A program made the translations under genes and the position numbers. A stretch of DNA of 64,000 nucleotides. Source: Spirochaetia bacterium. GTDB lineage: Bacteria > Spirochaetota > Spirochaetia > CADAEX01. Shown here one piece after another: positions 10,966 through 22,440 of the stretch. The stretch spans positions 3,456,001-3,520,000 of the forward strand of contig OY759746.1 of the NCBI GenBank assembly GCA_963662795.1. Direction: 5' to 3'. Each line of letters begins with the position of its first letter. The first letter of the stretch is position 1. The notes under the pieces were generated by a model. It was not told where the DNA came from, did no database searches, and saw only the letters and a list, made by a program, of their open reading frames with translations.

Positions 10966-12243
10966 TTATCCTTTGATAGCTATATTATAGTCATTGTTTT
11001 TAATTTTTCCAGCATCACCGTAAACAAGTACATTAAATTCCTTATTTATGAGGTTAGCGCTGATAAACTGGTTAATATCTTCTCTCGTAACGCTGTAGAG
11101 CATCTCCATTGATTCTGTAAAATCAAAGCATCTCCCGCTGAAAATGTAATGGCGGGCAAGTCTTTTCATTCTAAGTTCCATATCTTCCTGGGAGAGGATA
11201 AGCCCCCCTTCAAGGTGGGTTCTTGCGTCTGCAATCTCGGAAATTGAAATTGAATCAATAAGAATATTATTAAGTTCTATATTCAATTTATCCATAAAAT
11301 CCGGCAACAATTTTGGTATTGTGTTTGCATAGATATTCCACATGGAATAATAATTATAAATTGATCTGAAAGAATATATTGTATAGCAGTATCCGTTTTC
11401 TTCGCGCAGTTTTTGAAACAGACGGGAACTCATTGATTCCCCCATAATTGTGCTGAAAAACAGGAGATTATAATAATCCTTCATCCCTGCCGGAGACGGA
11501 AATGCAGCTCCGGCATGAAGATGTATCTGTTTTGACGGATATTTATGGTATTCATTATTATATCTGTATTCGGGTTTTGTCCGTCTGGACAGTACATCTG
11601 CAGAGTTCAGCTTTGAATTGGAAGAAGGAAGTGAAACATTAAGCAGATTGACAAGCAGTACTTCATCAATGGAACCGGCAGCAGATATTACAAGATTAGC
11701 AGGAATATATCTTTCAGAGTAATACTTATATAAAGATTTTTTTTTGATATTTTTAATATCTTTGACTTCGCCTGTTATCTTGTAGCCTATCGGGTGAGGC
11801 AGCCACATATTTTCAATAAAGAGATCATAACTGTTTTCTTCCGGCAGTTCCAGGTATTCATTTATTTCACTGATTACTACATTTTTTTCTTTATTAATTT
11901 CCTTGTTATCAAACAAAGGTTTAAAAATAATTTCTGTTAAAAGGTCAATTACATATTTGATGTGCTTGGTAGGAAATGTGCAGTAAAAACAGGTTAATTC
12001 TTTTTCTGTGAATGCATTAAAATTGCTTCCAATACGGTCAAATGATTTGGCTATCTCGGAAGTTGATCTGGATGCAGTTCCTTTAAAAAGAATATGCTCG
12101 ATAAAATGGGCATACCCTTTTTCTTCTGAATTTTCATCTACTGAACCGTTCAGGAACCAGAATCCTATAGAGCATACAGATGTATGCTCTATTTTTTCAG
12201 AAACAAACCTGGCGCCTGAATCCAGTTCAATATAGTTTATCAA
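10966..12243 (-). CDS. M16 family (pitrilysin-like) zinc peptidase
   Basis: Inverted zinc motif [24 protein letters not shown]; usual position after pnp. Confidence 0.92.
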   Translation of the reverse strand: MINYIELDSGARFVSEKIEHTSVCSIGFWFLNGSVDENSEEKGYAHFIEHILFKGTASRSTSEIAKSFDRIGSNFNAFTEKELTCFYCTFPTKHIKYVIDLLTEIIFKPLFDNKEINKEKNVVISEINEYLELPEENSYDLFIENMWLPHPIGYKITGEVKDIKNIKKKSLYKYYSERYIPANLVISAAGSIDEVLLVNLLNVSLPSSNSKLNSADVLSRRTKPEYRYNNEYHKYPSKQIHLHAGAAFPSPAGMKDYYNLLFFSTIMGESMSSRLFQKLREENGYCYTIYSFRSIYNYYSMWNIYANTIPKLLPDFMDKLNIELNNILIDSISISEIADARTHLEGGLILSQEDMELRMKRLARHYIFSGRCFDFTESMEMLYSVTREDINQFISANLINKEFNVLVYGDAGKIKNNDYNIAIKG

Positions 12244-14468
12244 TTATTTCTCCGGGAAAAGCCACCCCCTGGGCTGTTTCTTCTCCCGGAATTTCCGTGG
12301 AAATCACGTTTTTCTCTATGATCCCTTGAATCACCGTCTCCCTGCGGATGCGGAGCTGCCAGTCTTCTTTTACTTGCTGCTTCCGGATCAACTGCATCAA
12401 TATGGCTGAGGTTAAGTCTGCCCATTCTGTCAACTTCCATAAGCTTAACCAGAAGTTCCTGGTTTTCACTTACTACATCGGTTACAGCATTTACATGATC
12501 AAAAGAGAGCTTGGAAATATGACAAAGCCCTTCTTTGCCGGGAAGTATTTCAACAAAAGCGCCGAATTCCATAATTTTCTTGACTATACCGTTATATATC
12601 TTACCCGGTTCAGGTTCTTCTATTACTGACAGGATAAGCTGTTTTGCTTCTTCAGCCTTTTCTTTATTTTTACCGAAAATTATGATTTTACCCTTATCGT
12701 CAATATTAACTGTGGATTCTGATTTTTCTGAAATACCTTTTATTGTTTTCCCGCCTGTACCTATTACAGCGCCTATTTTGTCAGCATCTACTGTCATGGT
12801 AAGGATTTGAGGAGCAAGTTCAGAAATTTCTGTTCTTGCTTTTGACAGGGTCGCGTTCATTATGCCAAGTATATGGAGACGGCCGACTCTGGCCTGCTCA
12901 AGGGCTCTTTTCATTAGATCTGATGTTACATTGGATATTTTGATATCCATCTGGAAAGCGGTTATACCGTCTTCTGTTCCTGCAACTTTAAAATCCATAT
13001 CCCCAAAATGGTCTTCTTCTCCAAGAATATCGCTTAAGATTTCAGTTTTGCCATCTTCAGAGATAAGTCCCATTGCAATACCTGCAACCGGTTTTTTTAT
13101 CGGAACTCCTGCATCAAGTAAGGCAAGAGTACTTCCGCAGACTGTCGCCATTGAAGATGACCCGTTGGATTCAAGTATTTCAGATACTACCCTGATAGTG
13201 TATGGGAACTTTTCTTTTTCAGGAATAACTGCGGAAATTGCCCTCATTGCAAGATGGCCATGGCCAATTTCCCTTCTTCCTGTAGAAAGGTTTCCCTTTT
13301 CTCCTACGCTGAAAGGAGGAAAATTATAATGGAGCATAAAATTATTATAATGCTTGTCCCCGTCTATATCGTCAAACATCTGTTCGTCGGAAACTGTACC
13401 AAGCGTTGTTACAGCCAGGGCTTGTGTTTCTCCCCTTGTAAAAAGGGCAGAACCGTGTGTTCTTGAAAGAACTCCTACTTCACATTCAATTGGTCTTATC
13501 TGATCAGTTTTTCTGCCGTCAGATCTTTTATTTTCTTTTATAATTGCCTCACGCAGAATTTTATATTCAAGATCTTCAATTACTTTTGAAACACCTGATT
13601 TAAGCGTTGCCTGTTCATCTGGATATTTATCTTCAAAATATTTCAGCGTTGTACTTTTTACTGCGCTTTTAGCTTTGTTCCTCTCAATTTTACCCGCAAG
13701 AAAACATGCTGCAAGATACTGCTCATAAGCATAATCCCATACTTCACTGTATAAAGGAAAATCATTTTTTTCTGATTTCAACAGTGCCTTTTCCTTGCCG
13801 GCTATTGAAGCAAGTTCTTTCTGCATATCGCATATAATCTTTATATATTCACTGGCTTTATCAATAGCCTGAATCATTATATCTTCAGAAACTTCGTGTG
13901 CTCCGCCTTCAACCATGGTAATACCGTCAGAAGTGCCTGCAACAATAATTTCAAGCTTGCTTTCTGCTATCTGCTGAAAGGTAGGATTGACAATAAATTC
14001 ATCATTTAAATAACACATTCTTACAGAACCGACAGGCCCGTTAAACGGTATATCTGAAACAACAACAGCCGCAGAAGCAGCAATCATTGCAACAATGTCT
14101 GGAGGATTTATCTGATCAGATGAAAGTACGGTCGGGACTATCTGAATATCCCTTTTGAATTCCTTGTAAAAGAGTGGTCTCATCGGTCTGTCAATCAATC
14201 TTGATACAAGTATTTCCTTATCCTTCGGCCTTCCTTCCCTTTTCAGAAATCCACCTGGTATTTTACCTGCTGCATAGTATTTTTCGTTATATTCTACCTG
14301 CAGCGGTACATAATCCAGTCCATCGATTTCATTTTCTGAATAGCAGACAGTTGCAAGAACTGTTGACCCTTCAAATGTTGCCATAACTGAACCGCTTGCC
14401 TGTTTAGCGACTTTTCCTGTTTCTATAATTAATTCTTTTTCACCTATCGGTATTGTAATTTTAGGCAT
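12240..14468 (-). CDS. pnp: Polyribonucleotide nucleotidyltransferase
   Basis: [43 protein letters not shown] and S1 domains. Confidence 0.98.
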   Translation of the reverse strand: MPKITIPIGEKELIIETGKVAKQASGSVMATFEGSTVLATVCYSENEIDGLDYVPLQVEYNEKYYAAGKIPGGFLKREGRPKDKEILVSRLIDRPMRPLFYKEFKRDIQIVPTVLSSDQINPPDIVAMIAASAAVVVSDIPFNGPVGSVRMCYLNDEFIVNPTFQQIAESKLEIIVAGTSDGITMVEGGAHEVSEDIMIQAIDKASEYIKIICDMQKELASIAGKEKALLKSEKNDFPLYSEVWDYAYEQYLAACFLAGKIERNKAKSAVKSTTLKYFEDKYPDEQATLKSGVSKVIEDLEYKILREAIIKENKRSDGRKTDQIRPIECEVGVLSRTHGSALFTRGETQALAVTTLGTVSDEQMFDDIDGDKHYNNFMLHYNFPPFSVGEKGNLSTGRREIGHGHLAMRAISAVIPEKEKFPYTIRVVSEILESNGSSSMATVCGSTLALLDAGVPIKKPVAGIAMGLISEDGKTEILSDILGEEDHFGDMDFKVAGTEDGITAFQMDIKISNVTSDLMKRALEQARVGRLHILGIMNATLSKARTEISELAPQILTMTVDADKIGAVIGTGGKTIKGISEKSESTVNIDDKGKIIIFGKNKEKAEEAKQLILSVIEEPEPGKIYNGIVKKIMEFGAFVEILPGKEGLCHISKLSFDHVNAVTDVVSENQELLVKLMEVDRMGRLNLSHIDAVDPEAASKRRLAAPHPQGDGDSRDHREKRDFHGNSGRRNSPGGGFSRRNN

Positions 14469-14485
14469 CTATAAATTTCCTTTCC

Positions 14486-14755
14486 TTATTTTCTGAGATT
14501 TAACTGCTGAAGAATTGTTCTATATTTTTCAATATCAATTCTTTTCAGGTATTTAAGGAGTTTTCTTCTTTGCCCTACAAGCTGCAGAAGGCCCCTTCTT
14601 GAATTATGATCTTTTTTGTGCACCTGAAAATGTTCAGTTAATTGATTTATTCTTTTTGTAAGCAGCGCAATCTGAACTTCACTCGATCCTGTATCTTTTT
14701 CATTTGCTCCAAATTTTTCGACAATTTCCAGTTTTTCTTCTTTTTTCAAAGACAT
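14486..14755 (-). CDS. rpsO: 30S ribosomal protein S15
   Basis: [25 protein letters not shown]. Confidence 0.98.
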   Translation of the reverse strand: MSLKKEEKLEIVEKFGANEKDTGSSEVQIALLTKRINQLTEHFQVHKKDHNSRRGLLQLVGQRRKLLKYLKRIDIEKYRTILQQLNLRK

Positions 14756-14768
14756 TGTTATTCTCCTT

Positions 14769-15533
14769 TCACAATAACAGTTGCTGTTCAGCTGTTTTCA
14801 ACCATTTAAAAATATTTTTATCAATAATCACTTCCGTTTTGAAAGTTTTATCGCCTAATAATATGGACATGTTATATTTTCCTGCATCAGGCAGAACCTG
14901 CCTTATCGCATTCTTATAAATATAGCAGTAATATTCATCCTGAAAAATTTCAGGAATGTTCAAATCGACTGCGTGTCCGAATTCAAGATATTCATAAGCC
15001 TGATCCAGTTTTCCATCCTTGATCAGATCTCTTATTGCTGTACTGCTCACCGAAAATCCGTAAAACGACTGTCTTTTTACTATTTCGTAAATTCCAGTCC
15101 CTTTAAAATAATTTTCTTCAAGGTCAGCTGCAGTAGTGTCATTATTGTTCCCGCATTTAAAATCTTCACCGCTTACCATTTTTACAAGATTCAAATGTTT
15201 TCTTATGCAGGAAATAAAATAATTACCTGTCAGTTTACTAAAATCGCTGGAAAAGTCAATCAGTACGGTAGTTGTAACTCCCGCCATTTTAAGTGAATCA
15301 ATTTTCTGTTTCAGCGTATATATATCACCGGGATAATTTTCTTTATGATAATACCATGCCGGATTCTTAATAAAAGTAAAAACCACTTTTTCTACGCTTT
15401 TTTCGGTAAAAAGCTTATTTATCAGGAATCTGTGACCCAGATGCATCCCGTCAAAAACTCCAACCGTAACAGCTGACGGAGAAGAAATATAATAATCCTT
15501 ATCAGTAAAATCTTTCCAGTTAACTACTTTCAT
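14769..15533 (-). CDS. ribF: FAD synthetase (FMN adenylyltransferase) with degenerate riboflavin-kinase half
   Basis: [24 protein letters not shown]; located between truB and rpsO. Kinase motif PTAN not seen. Confidence 0.8.
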   Translation of the reverse strand: MKVVNWKDFTDKDYYISSPSAVTVGVFDGMHLGHRFLINKLFTEKSVEKVVFTFIKNPAWYYHKENYPGDIYTLKQKIDSLKMAGVTTTVLIDFSSDFSKLTGNYFISCIRKHLNLVKMVSGEDFKCGNNNDTTAADLEENYFKGTGIYEIVKRQSFYGFSVSSTAIRDLIKDGKLDQAYEYLEFGHAVDLNIPEIFQDEYYCYIYKNAIRQVLPDAGKYNMSILLGDKTFKTEVIIDKNIFKWLKTAEQQLLL

Positions 15534-16416
15534 TACAGGCACTCTTATCCGAAGAAACAAATAAATATCTCATTTCTGCAATACTGTTGTCAATAAGTGC
15601 TAAAAAAATCCCTTTTTCAGAAAAAAATGAAAATATTCCTGCCGGAAATTGATTTTCAGCGCCTTTTTCAGAAAGCTTTTTACCATTTAATATTTTTTCT
15701 GTTAATATTTTATCAGCTGTAATTACAGGTATTCCGCATCTTTTAAGTCCCTCCCCCGGAGCAATAACATCTATTTCAGTTATTTCATCCGGCAGTTTTG
15801 CCTCTTCAAGATGAAAATCGCCAATTTCAGTTCTAATGAGTTTTTTCAAAAATGCTGCTGAAACGCACTTTTTGGCAAGATCAGATGCAAGTGTTCTGAT
15901 ATAAGTGCCTGATGAGCAGTTTACAGTGAAATCAAGAATATTTTCTTCAAAACTGTTGATTTTAATAGATTTAACAGTAACTTTCTTTTCTTTCAGGTCG
16001 GCAGTTATCCCTTTTCGCGCAAGTTCATAGGCCCTTACTCCGTTTACATGGACTGCAGAATATAAAGGCGGCCGCTGTTTTATGATTCCTGTAAAATACT
16101 TCAGATTGTCTTTAATTAACTCATATTCAGGAATGGCAGCTTCTTCTGTAAAAGTTCCTGTAATATCAAGTGTATCAGTCGATTTACCGAATTCTGCAAA
16201 AGCCCTGTACGTTTTCGGGAAAGAGGAAAACAGGTTGAACACCCGGGTCATCTGTCCTGTAAGTATTATTACAAGTCCTTCAGCAAAAGGATCAAGAGTT
16301 CCCGAATGGCCAAGTTTCTTAATTCCAGTTCTTTTTTTTATTATTCTTATTATATCAAAAGTAGATATGCCAGCCGGTTTATTTACTAATAAAAAGCCGG
16401 AAATCTGTTCATTCAA
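15520..16416 (-). CDS. truB: tRNA pseudouridine(55) synthase
   Basis: GHSGTLDPFAEG, PPLYSAV, CSSGTYIRTL. Confidence 0.96.
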   Translation of the reverse strand: MNEQISGFLLVNKPAGISTFDIIRIIKKRTGIKKLGHSGTLDPFAEGLVIILTGQMTRVFNLFSSFPKTYRAFAEFGKSTDTLDITGTFTEEAAIPEYELIKDNLKYFTGIIKQRPPLYSAVHVNGVRAYELARKGITADLKEKKVTVKSIKINSFEENILDFTVNCSSGTYIRTLASDLAKKCVSAAFLKKLIRTEIGDFHLEEAKLPDEITEIDVIAPGEGLKRCGIPVITADKILTEKILNGKKLSEKGAENQFPAGIFSFFSEKGIFLALIDNSIAEMRYLFVSSDKSACNESS

Positions 16417-16760
16417 TGCAGATTATCCTCGATAAACCTGTTCATCTCAAATCCGTCTTTCAATGAAGAGTCATAAAAAAACCTGAGTTTTGGAGTTAAT
16501 CTTGTTTTAAGTTTTTTCCCTATCAGGCCCTGTATGAAGCCGGCTCCATGATTCAATGCTTCTATACTATTAAGGGCCTGTTTTTCCGGACAGTAACCTG
16601 ATACTGAAATTCTGGCAAAGCTCATATCAGGAGAGAGTTTTACATTTGAAATATAGATAAGTTTATTTATTCTGGGATCTTTGATTTTGTCCTGCAGAAT
16701 AAGTTTCCCCAGCTCTTCCTGTATTATTTTTTCGGCCCTTTGAAGCCTGAATTCACCCAT
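16413..16760 (-). CDS. rbfA: Ribosome-binding factor A
   Basis: IKDPRI, LSPDM, TPKLRFFYD; follows infB. Confidence 0.95.
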   Translation of the reverse strand: MGEFRLQRAEKIIQEELGKLILQDKIKDPRINKLIYISNVKLSPDMSFARISVSGYCPEKQALNSIEALNHGAGFIQGLIGKKLKTRLTPKLRFFYDSSLKDGFEMNRFIEDNLH

Positions 16761-19490
16761 TTATCCTTCCAGTTTTTTGAATACTTCTTTCATTTCATAT
16801 ACTTCAATAATATCGCCAACCTGTATATCGTTGAAATTTTCAAGTCCTATACCGCATTCGTAGTTTTTCTCTACTTCCTTGACATCATCCTTAAACCTTT
16901 TCAATGATGATATCTTACCGGAAAATATTTCAACACCTTCACGGAACAGATGGACAATTCCGTTCCTTTTTACTTTCCCGCCTGTAATGTAGCATCCTGC
17001 AATTGCGCCTATCTTCGGCACTTTAAATACATCGCGTACTTCCGCTGTTCCAAGTGACTCTTCCTTTAAATCAGGAGCAAGTAGGCCTTCCATGGCAGTT
17101 TTTATATCTTCTACAGCATCATAGATAATATTGTATTTTCGTATTTCTACCTTTTCCTGTTCAGCCAGCATCTGCGCTTTGGCAGTAGGTCTCACATGAA
17201 AACCAACTATAATTGCATTTGATGCTGATGCTAGATTTACATCGTTTTCTACGATCGCACCGGCAGAAGAGTGAATTACATTAAGTCTTATTTCTGAAGT
17301 AGAAAGTTTTTCAAGGGCAATTTTCAGTGCTTCAACTGACCCCTGTACATCTCCCTTTATTATTGTTTTAAGCTCCTGTATGGCCCCTTCGCTGATTGAA
17401 TCGTAAAGATTATCCAGGGTAACTTTTTTGACATTTTTGGCTACGCCGATTTTTTCGAGTTCCTGTCTTTTTGTCCCGATCATTCTTGCGGTTTTTTCCG
17501 AATCTGTTACCTGAAAAGGATCGCCTGCATTAGGCATACCTGTAAACCCCAGTATTTCTATCGGTGTTGAAGGAGGAGCACTGTCAATTTTTTCGCCCCT
17601 ATCGTTAAATATAGCCCTTACTTTACCGGCATATACACCGGCAATAAAAGCATCACCGACATTAAGTGTTCCTCTTTCAATCAGAACTGTAGATACAATT
17701 CCCCTTCCGTGATCAACGCGGGATTCAATTATTTTACCTTCTGCGCGGCAGTTCGGGTTTGCTTTTAATTCAAGCACTTCGGATTGTATAAGTATATTTT
17801 CCAAAAGATTATCTATACCAATCTTTTTAAGGGCAGAGATCTCGCAAAAAATTGTATTTCCTCCCCAATCTTCAGGTATAAGATCATAGGTTGAAAGCTG
17901 ATGCTTGACCCTGTCTACATTTGCTTCAACAACATCAATTTTATTTATTGCAACAATAATCGGAACTCCAGCCTCTTTTGCATGGTTAATTGCCTCAATT
18001 GTCTGCGGCATTACACCGTCATTTGCAGCAACAACAAGAACTACAATATCTGTAAGCTGTGCACCGCGTGCCCTCATAAGGGTAAACGCTTCATGTCCGG
18101 GTGTATCAAGGAAAACAATATTTCTGTTGTTGGACTGGACTTTATATGCTCCGATATGCTGTGTTATACCGCCGTGTTCTGATGCGGCAATATCAGTAGA
18201 TCTTATCGCATCAAGAAGTTTTGTTTTACCATGATCGACATGTCCCATTACAGTTACAACAGGAGGTCTTTCAATTATATCGCTATCATCACCTTTTTCT
18301 GTCTCTACAAGTGTTTCATCATACAGCGATACAATATTTACTTTACAATTGTATTCAGAAGCTATAATTTCTACTGTTTCAGCGTCAATCTGCTGATTGA
18401 TGCTGACCATCATTCCCATAGACATAAATCTGGAAATAAGCTCAGAAGCCTTTAGATTCATTTTTTTTGCGAGTTCAGAAACTGTGATAACTTCCATTAT
18501 GTCAATTTCTTTTGGAACAGGATTGATCTTTTGAATTGATTTTTTCTTTACCTGAAAATTCTTTTCAAGATCATGTTCCTTCTTTGTTTTCTGGTAAACA
18601 GTCTTTTTCTTTGCCTTGAAAAATTTCTTTGCTGCCGGTTTGGTTGCAGATGATTCGCCTTTTAAATCATCCTTTCCGCCAGGCCGTTGAGGAGAAGAAC
18701 CAAATCTTGGCGGTCCGCCGCCAGGCCTTCTGTTATCAAAACTACGGGGTCCCCCAGGGGTAAATCTCTGTGCCCCTCCCTGTGCTCCAGGTGCGCCGTA
18801 TCTGGGAGGACCGCCCGGCCTCTGCGGAGAAGAACCATATCTCTGCGGAGTACCTCCTGGACGCGATTGTGAACCGTACCTGGGCGGCTGATCCGATCGC
18901 TGCTGTCCGTATCCCGGATAGGTGCCCTGTCTCTGGTTGTCGGTTCTGGGAGTATAAGGTCTGCTTACCGGCTGGCTACCGGCAGGATTTGGACGATCTC
19001 CGTCAAACCGCTGTTTTGTTCTGTATGTTCTTTCATGACCGGCCGTTTGAGGAGACGATTCCCTGTTTTCAGTATTCCTGGCTTTTGCCCCCCCCTGGAA
19101 AGTTCTTGAAGGAACCTTTCCCCTGCTTACAGGTTTTTCCTCATTCGCAGAAGACTCTTTTTCAGGAGATTCTTTTGCAGAAGTTTCTTTAACAGAAGAT
19201 GCAGCATCTGCTGAAGTATTATCTGTTCCCATAGGTTCTTTATGAGGTTTTCTGATTTCTGTATTTAAATCAGCTGTATTGTCTGAAGACGATTCTTTGT
19301 TCTCTTCGTGGTCCCTGCTCTTTCCTGTTTTTTTAACAACAACTACCCTTTTTTTAACAACAACTACTTTCTTCCTGTTATCAGTCTGCTCCTGCTTGTC
19401 TTTTGCTTCCTGATTTTCCGAAGATATTTTTCGCTGTTTTATCAAAGCTGTTTTGGGTTTTTCTGTTGTCTTTTCCTGATCTTCAGTCAT
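16761..19490 (-). CDS. infB: Translation initiation factor IF-2
   Basis: [36 protein letters not shown]. Confidence 0.98.
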   Translation of the reverse strand: MTEDQEKTTEKPKTALIKQRKISSENQEAKDKQEQTDNRKKVVVVKKRVVVVKKTGKSRDHEENKESSSDNTADLNTEIRKPHKEPMGTDNTSADAASSVKETSAKESPEKESSANEEKPVSRGKVPSRTFQGGAKARNTENRESSPQTAGHERTYRTKQRFDGDRPNPAGSQPVSRPYTPRTDNQRQGTYPGYGQQRSDQPPRYGSQSRPGGTPQRYGSSPQRPGGPPRYGAPGAQGGAQRFTPGGPRSFDNRRPGGGPPRFGSSPQRPGGKDDLKGESSATKPAAKKFFKAKKKTVYQKTKKEHDLEKNFQVKKKSIQKINPVPKEIDIMEVITVSELAKKMNLKASELISRFMSMGMMVSINQQIDAETVEIIASEYNCKVNIVSLYDETLVETEKGDDSDIIERPPVVTVMGHVDHGKTKLLDAIRSTDIAASEHGGITQHIGAYKVQSNNRNIVFLDTPGHEAFTLMRARGAQLTDIVVLVVAANDGVMPQTIEAINHAKEAGVPIIVAINKIDVVEANVDRVKHQLSTYDLIPEDWGGNTIFCEISALKKIGIDNLLENILIQSEVLELKANPNCRAEGKIIESRVDHGRGIVSTVLIERGTLNVGDAFIAGVYAGKVRAIFNDRGEKIDSAPPSTPIEILGFTGMPNAGDPFQVTDSEKTARMIGTKRQELEKIGVAKNVKKVTLDNLYDSISEGAIQELKTIIKGDVQGSVEALKIALEKLSTSEIRLNVIHSSAGAIVENDVNLASASNAIIVGFHVRPTAKAQMLAEQEKVEIRKYNIIYDAVEDIKTAMEGLLAPDLKEESLGTAEVRDVFKVPKIGAIAGCYITGGKVKRNGIVHLFREGVEIFSGKISSLKRFKDDVKEVEKNYECGIGLENFNDIQVGDIIEVYEMKEVFKKLEG

Positions 19491-19533
19491 TTATAAATTC
19501 CTCTCCTGTACCTGGGACATAACTTTTAATTTT

Positions 19534-21111
19534 TCATTTTTCTGAAACTTCTTCATTGTCATCATTAATTTCGTCTTCATTTTCATCATCATCTTCTTCA
19601 AAACTAAGACCTACCCCGCAGTTAGGACACACTGTCATTTCAACAGTTATTTTACTGCCGCAATCCGGACATAAATATGAATCTTCATCAGTTTCCTCAT
19701 CAGAAATATTGTCCGAATCTGCAAGGTCCTTTTCCTCAATCCCATTATTATAGGAATCTGATTCACCGTCATTTTCAGGAATGTAGTCATCAGAATTCTG
19801 ATCATTCTCTTCTATAATTTCAACATTTTCATCAATAATTGCCTTGATTGATTCAATATCCTGCTGGGTTATTCCATCAAGGGCGGCAATTTTTTCAATA
19901 TCTATTGCAAGAAATGTTTCAATCAATTCTATACCATGCTGACGCAATAGTTCAACAAGTCTTTCATGAATTCCCGGTAATTCTTCAATTCTGGTAATTT
20001 CTTCAGTTTTTTCTTCAATTTCATCCCGGAACAGGGCAGATACAGCTTTTTTGGTATCAGCCGAAATATCCATCTGATCAAACTGTTCAATTGTTTTTAC
20101 ATCAATGTTCCAGTCAACAAGCCTGTTGGCAAGTCTGACGTTGAGTCCCTGTTTCCCTATGGCAAGTGAAAGCTGGTTTTCGTTGACAACAGCAAGAGCC
20201 TGTCTCCTGGCTTCATCAAGTATGATTACAGATTCAACATCAGCAGGAGAAAGAGCGTTTTTTATGTAAACCCTCGGGTCAGTATCATATTTTAAAACAT
20301 CTATCTTTTCCCCTTCCATCTCCTTGACAACGGTCTGGATTCTCACCCCTTTAAGACCTACACAGGCGCCTACCGGATCAACATCATCCCTGTGCGAATA
20401 TACTGCCATCTTTGTCCTGTAACCAGGCTCACGAACTAATTTGAAAATTTCCACAGTTTTATCATAAACTTCCGGAACTTCGAGTTCAAAAAGTTTTTTT
20501 ACAAAATCTGTATGTGTTCTGGAAAGAATAATATTAAGTCCTGATTCCTGTTTTTCCACTTCATATATAATTGCCTTTATTCTGTCATTTGGCCTGTATA
20601 TCTCTCTTGGAGACTGAAATCTTTTAGGAAGGATTCCTTCTATTTTCCCAAGATCGACATAGATATTGCCGTTCTTTTCCCTCTGGTAATAGCCGATAAT
20701 CATTTCACCGGTTTTTTCAATAAACTCTGAATAAAGTGTATCTTTCTGAATTTCACGAATTTTCTGTTTTGCCCGCTGTTTTGCGCTCTGCACAGCAACA
20801 CGCTCGAAATCTTTAGGATTGATTTCTATTAAAAGTTCGTCGCCTATTTCACACTCAGCATTATAGGCAAGCGCATCTTCTATTGCAATTTCAAGAACAT
20901 CATCAATTACATCATCCACAATCTTTTTTCTGGAAAATATGGTAACTTCAGTTTCTTCCTCATTAAATCTGATTATTACATTCTCAACAGTACCATATTT
21001 TTTTTTGTAGGCTGCAATAAGAAATTCTTCAATTGTTTTAAGTACAAGCTCTCTCGGGATTCCTTTTTCCTGTTCAAACATTCTTATCGCTTCAGATAGG
21101 TCAGAAGCCAT
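19534..21111 (-). CDS. nusA: NusA with acidic C-terminal tail and Zn ribbon
   Basis: S1/KH motifs REPGYRTK, DPVGACVG, AIGKQGLNVRLA; C-terminal CPDC...CPNC. Confidence 0.97.
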   Translation of the reverse strand: MASDLSEAIRMFEQEKGIPRELVLKTIEEFLIAAYKKKYGTVENVIIRFNEEETEVTIFSRKKIVDDVIDDVLEIAIEDALAYNAECEIGDELLIEINPKDFERVAVQSAKQRAKQKIREIQKDTLYSEFIEKTGEMIIGYYQREKNGNIYVDLGKIEGILPKRFQSPREIYRPNDRIKAIIYEVEKQESGLNIILSRTHTDFVKKLFELEVPEVYDKTVEIFKLVREPGYRTKMAVYSHRDDVDPVGACVGLKGVRIQTVVKEMEGEKIDVLKYDTDPRVYIKNALSPADVESVIILDEARRQALAVVNENQLSLAIGKQGLNVRLANRLVDWNIDVKTIEQFDQMDISADTKKAVSALFRDEIEEKTEEITRIEELPGIHERLVELLRQHGIELIETFLAIDIEKIAALDGITQQDIESIKAIIDENVEIIEENDQNSDDYIPENDGESDSYNNGIEEKDLADSDNISDEETDEDSYLCPDCGSKITVEMTVCPNCGVGLSFEEDDDENEDEINDDNEEVSEK

Positions 21112-21128
21112 TTATTTGATCCTCCAAA

Positions 21129-21575
21129 TTAATAATCTAATTTTGCCTTTCTAATTTCTTCATATTTTAATTCAGTTAAAATACCATCTTCTGTCTCTAG
21201 TTTTACGCTGATTTCATCTGCATCCTTGATTAAAAACATTTCCCAGTCATCAGAATCGTTGACAATTATTTTAACCTTTTTCCCCTTGAAAACAGAGAAT
21301 TCGTCTGCAGTTTTGAGGTTTCTGCTGATTCCGGGAGAAGATACTTCAATGAAAAAATCACGATTATCAGTGTATGCCTCAATGCGTCTTTTTACAGCCT
21401 TGTGAATTTTACTGCAGTCATTGATTGATATTCCTTCCGGCGAATAAAGAACAATGTGAATATGCAATCCTTCATGGAGCATTCTGGAATTTACCTCCAA
21501 AAGGCTGAATCCGGAAGCCTCAACAACAGGAGCAATTACATCATAATTTTCATCTTTTCGTTTAATAAATTCCAT
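21129..21575 (-). CDS. rimP: Ribosome maturation factor RimP
   Basis: GISINDC, IEVSSPGISRNL; directly upstream of nusA. Confidence 0.92.
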   Translation of the reverse strand: MEFIKRKDENYDVIAPVVEASGFSLLEVNSRMLHEGLHIHIVLYSPEGISINDCSKIHKAVKRRIEAYTDNRDFFIEVSSPGISRNLKTADEFSVFKGKKVKIIVNDSDDWEMFLIKDADEISVKLETEDGILTELKYEEIRKAKLDY

Positions 21576-21605
21576 TTACCCGCCGCAATCATAAAAAAAC
21601 TGCAT

Positions 21606-21633
21606 AAAAAAAGAGCCGATTTTTTCCGACTCT
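21606..21633 (-). terminator. Intrinsic terminator hairpin in the rimP leader
   Basis: Minus strand AGAGTCGG-AAAAAA-TCGGCTCT followed by a T run; lies between a predicted promoter and rimP. Confidence 0.7.
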
Positions 21634-21664
21634 CCCCAGCATTCGAAACAATAAAACTATATAT

Positions 21665-21693
21665 AAAATAACAGAACTGATTTATTTAATCAA
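21665..21693 (-). promoter_or_regulatory. Putative sigma70 promoter of the rimP operon
   Basis: TTGATT-17 nt-TATTTT, with an extended TGn element. Confidence 0.5.
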
Positions 21694-22411
21694 GTGCAAT
21701 AGTCAATATTATAATATTTTTAAAACCATAATTAATCAGAAGTTCAGAGCAATATCCTGCTGTCGCTCCGGTTGTAAAAACATCATCAAGCAGAATAACA
21801 GTCTCTGAACACTTAAGACATGCGGCTGCATTTTTCCGCTGTATACTTATTCTCCCGCGAAGCTCGGTTTGCCGCTTTTCATAGTCAAGTTCTTTCTGCT
21901 GATGAGTTTTTCCTTTTTTGAAAAGAAAAAATGCACTGATGCCGTAATTTCGTGAAAGTATTTTACAGATATGCCTCATGTGATCCCAGCCGTATTTTTC
22001 AATACGTTTTTGGCTGCAGGGAGCCGGTACAACCGGTATATTTAAATAGTGATCATAGTAAATCCTGTAAATTGATTCCGCAAAAAACCATGATGCATGT
22101 TTTTTACCGTTGAATTTATATTCATGTATTGCTTTCCTTACAAATTTGTTTCTGTAGTCCCATAATGAAATATTGTATTTAAATAAATATTTTCTTCCCC
22201 TGCAGATAGAGCATATATCTTTTTCCGAAACAAGCCTGCGGCTGCAGATATTACAATAATTACCTGAAGCCGCAAGACTATATGCTGACGGAAATATCTG
22301 CAGACAGCTGCTGCATAGTGCTTTATTATTTTTATTGCCATTTTTAAGGAGCTCAGCGCATATAATGCACTGTCGGGGGAAAAAGAAATCGAATAGAAAA
22401 GTGAAAATCAT
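21686..22411 (-). CDS. comF: ComF family protein (Zn ribbons + phosphoribosyltransferase domain)
   Basis: FFPRQCIIC, CxxC pairs, LLDDVFTTGAT. Confidence 0.88.
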   Translation of the reverse strand: MIFTFLFDFFFPRQCIICAELLKNGNKNNKALCSSCLQIFPSAYSLAASGNYCNICSRRLVSEKDICSICRGRKYLFKYNISLWDYRNKFVRKAIHEYKFNGKKHASWFFAESIYRIYYDHYLNIPVVPAPCSQKRIEKYGWDHMRHICKILSRNYGISAFFLFKKGKTHQQKELDYEKRQTELRGRISIQRKNAAACLKCSETVILLDDVFTTGATAGYCSELLINYGFKNIIILTIALD

Positions 22412-22440
22412 ACATGAATTTAACAGGTCGAAAAGACTTC

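Noticed and set aside
18670-18900. GC-rich repeated patch as possible foreign DNA or CRISPR
   Set aside because: Explained by Gly/Pro/Arg codons of the IF2 low-complexity region; no repeat-spacer periodicity.
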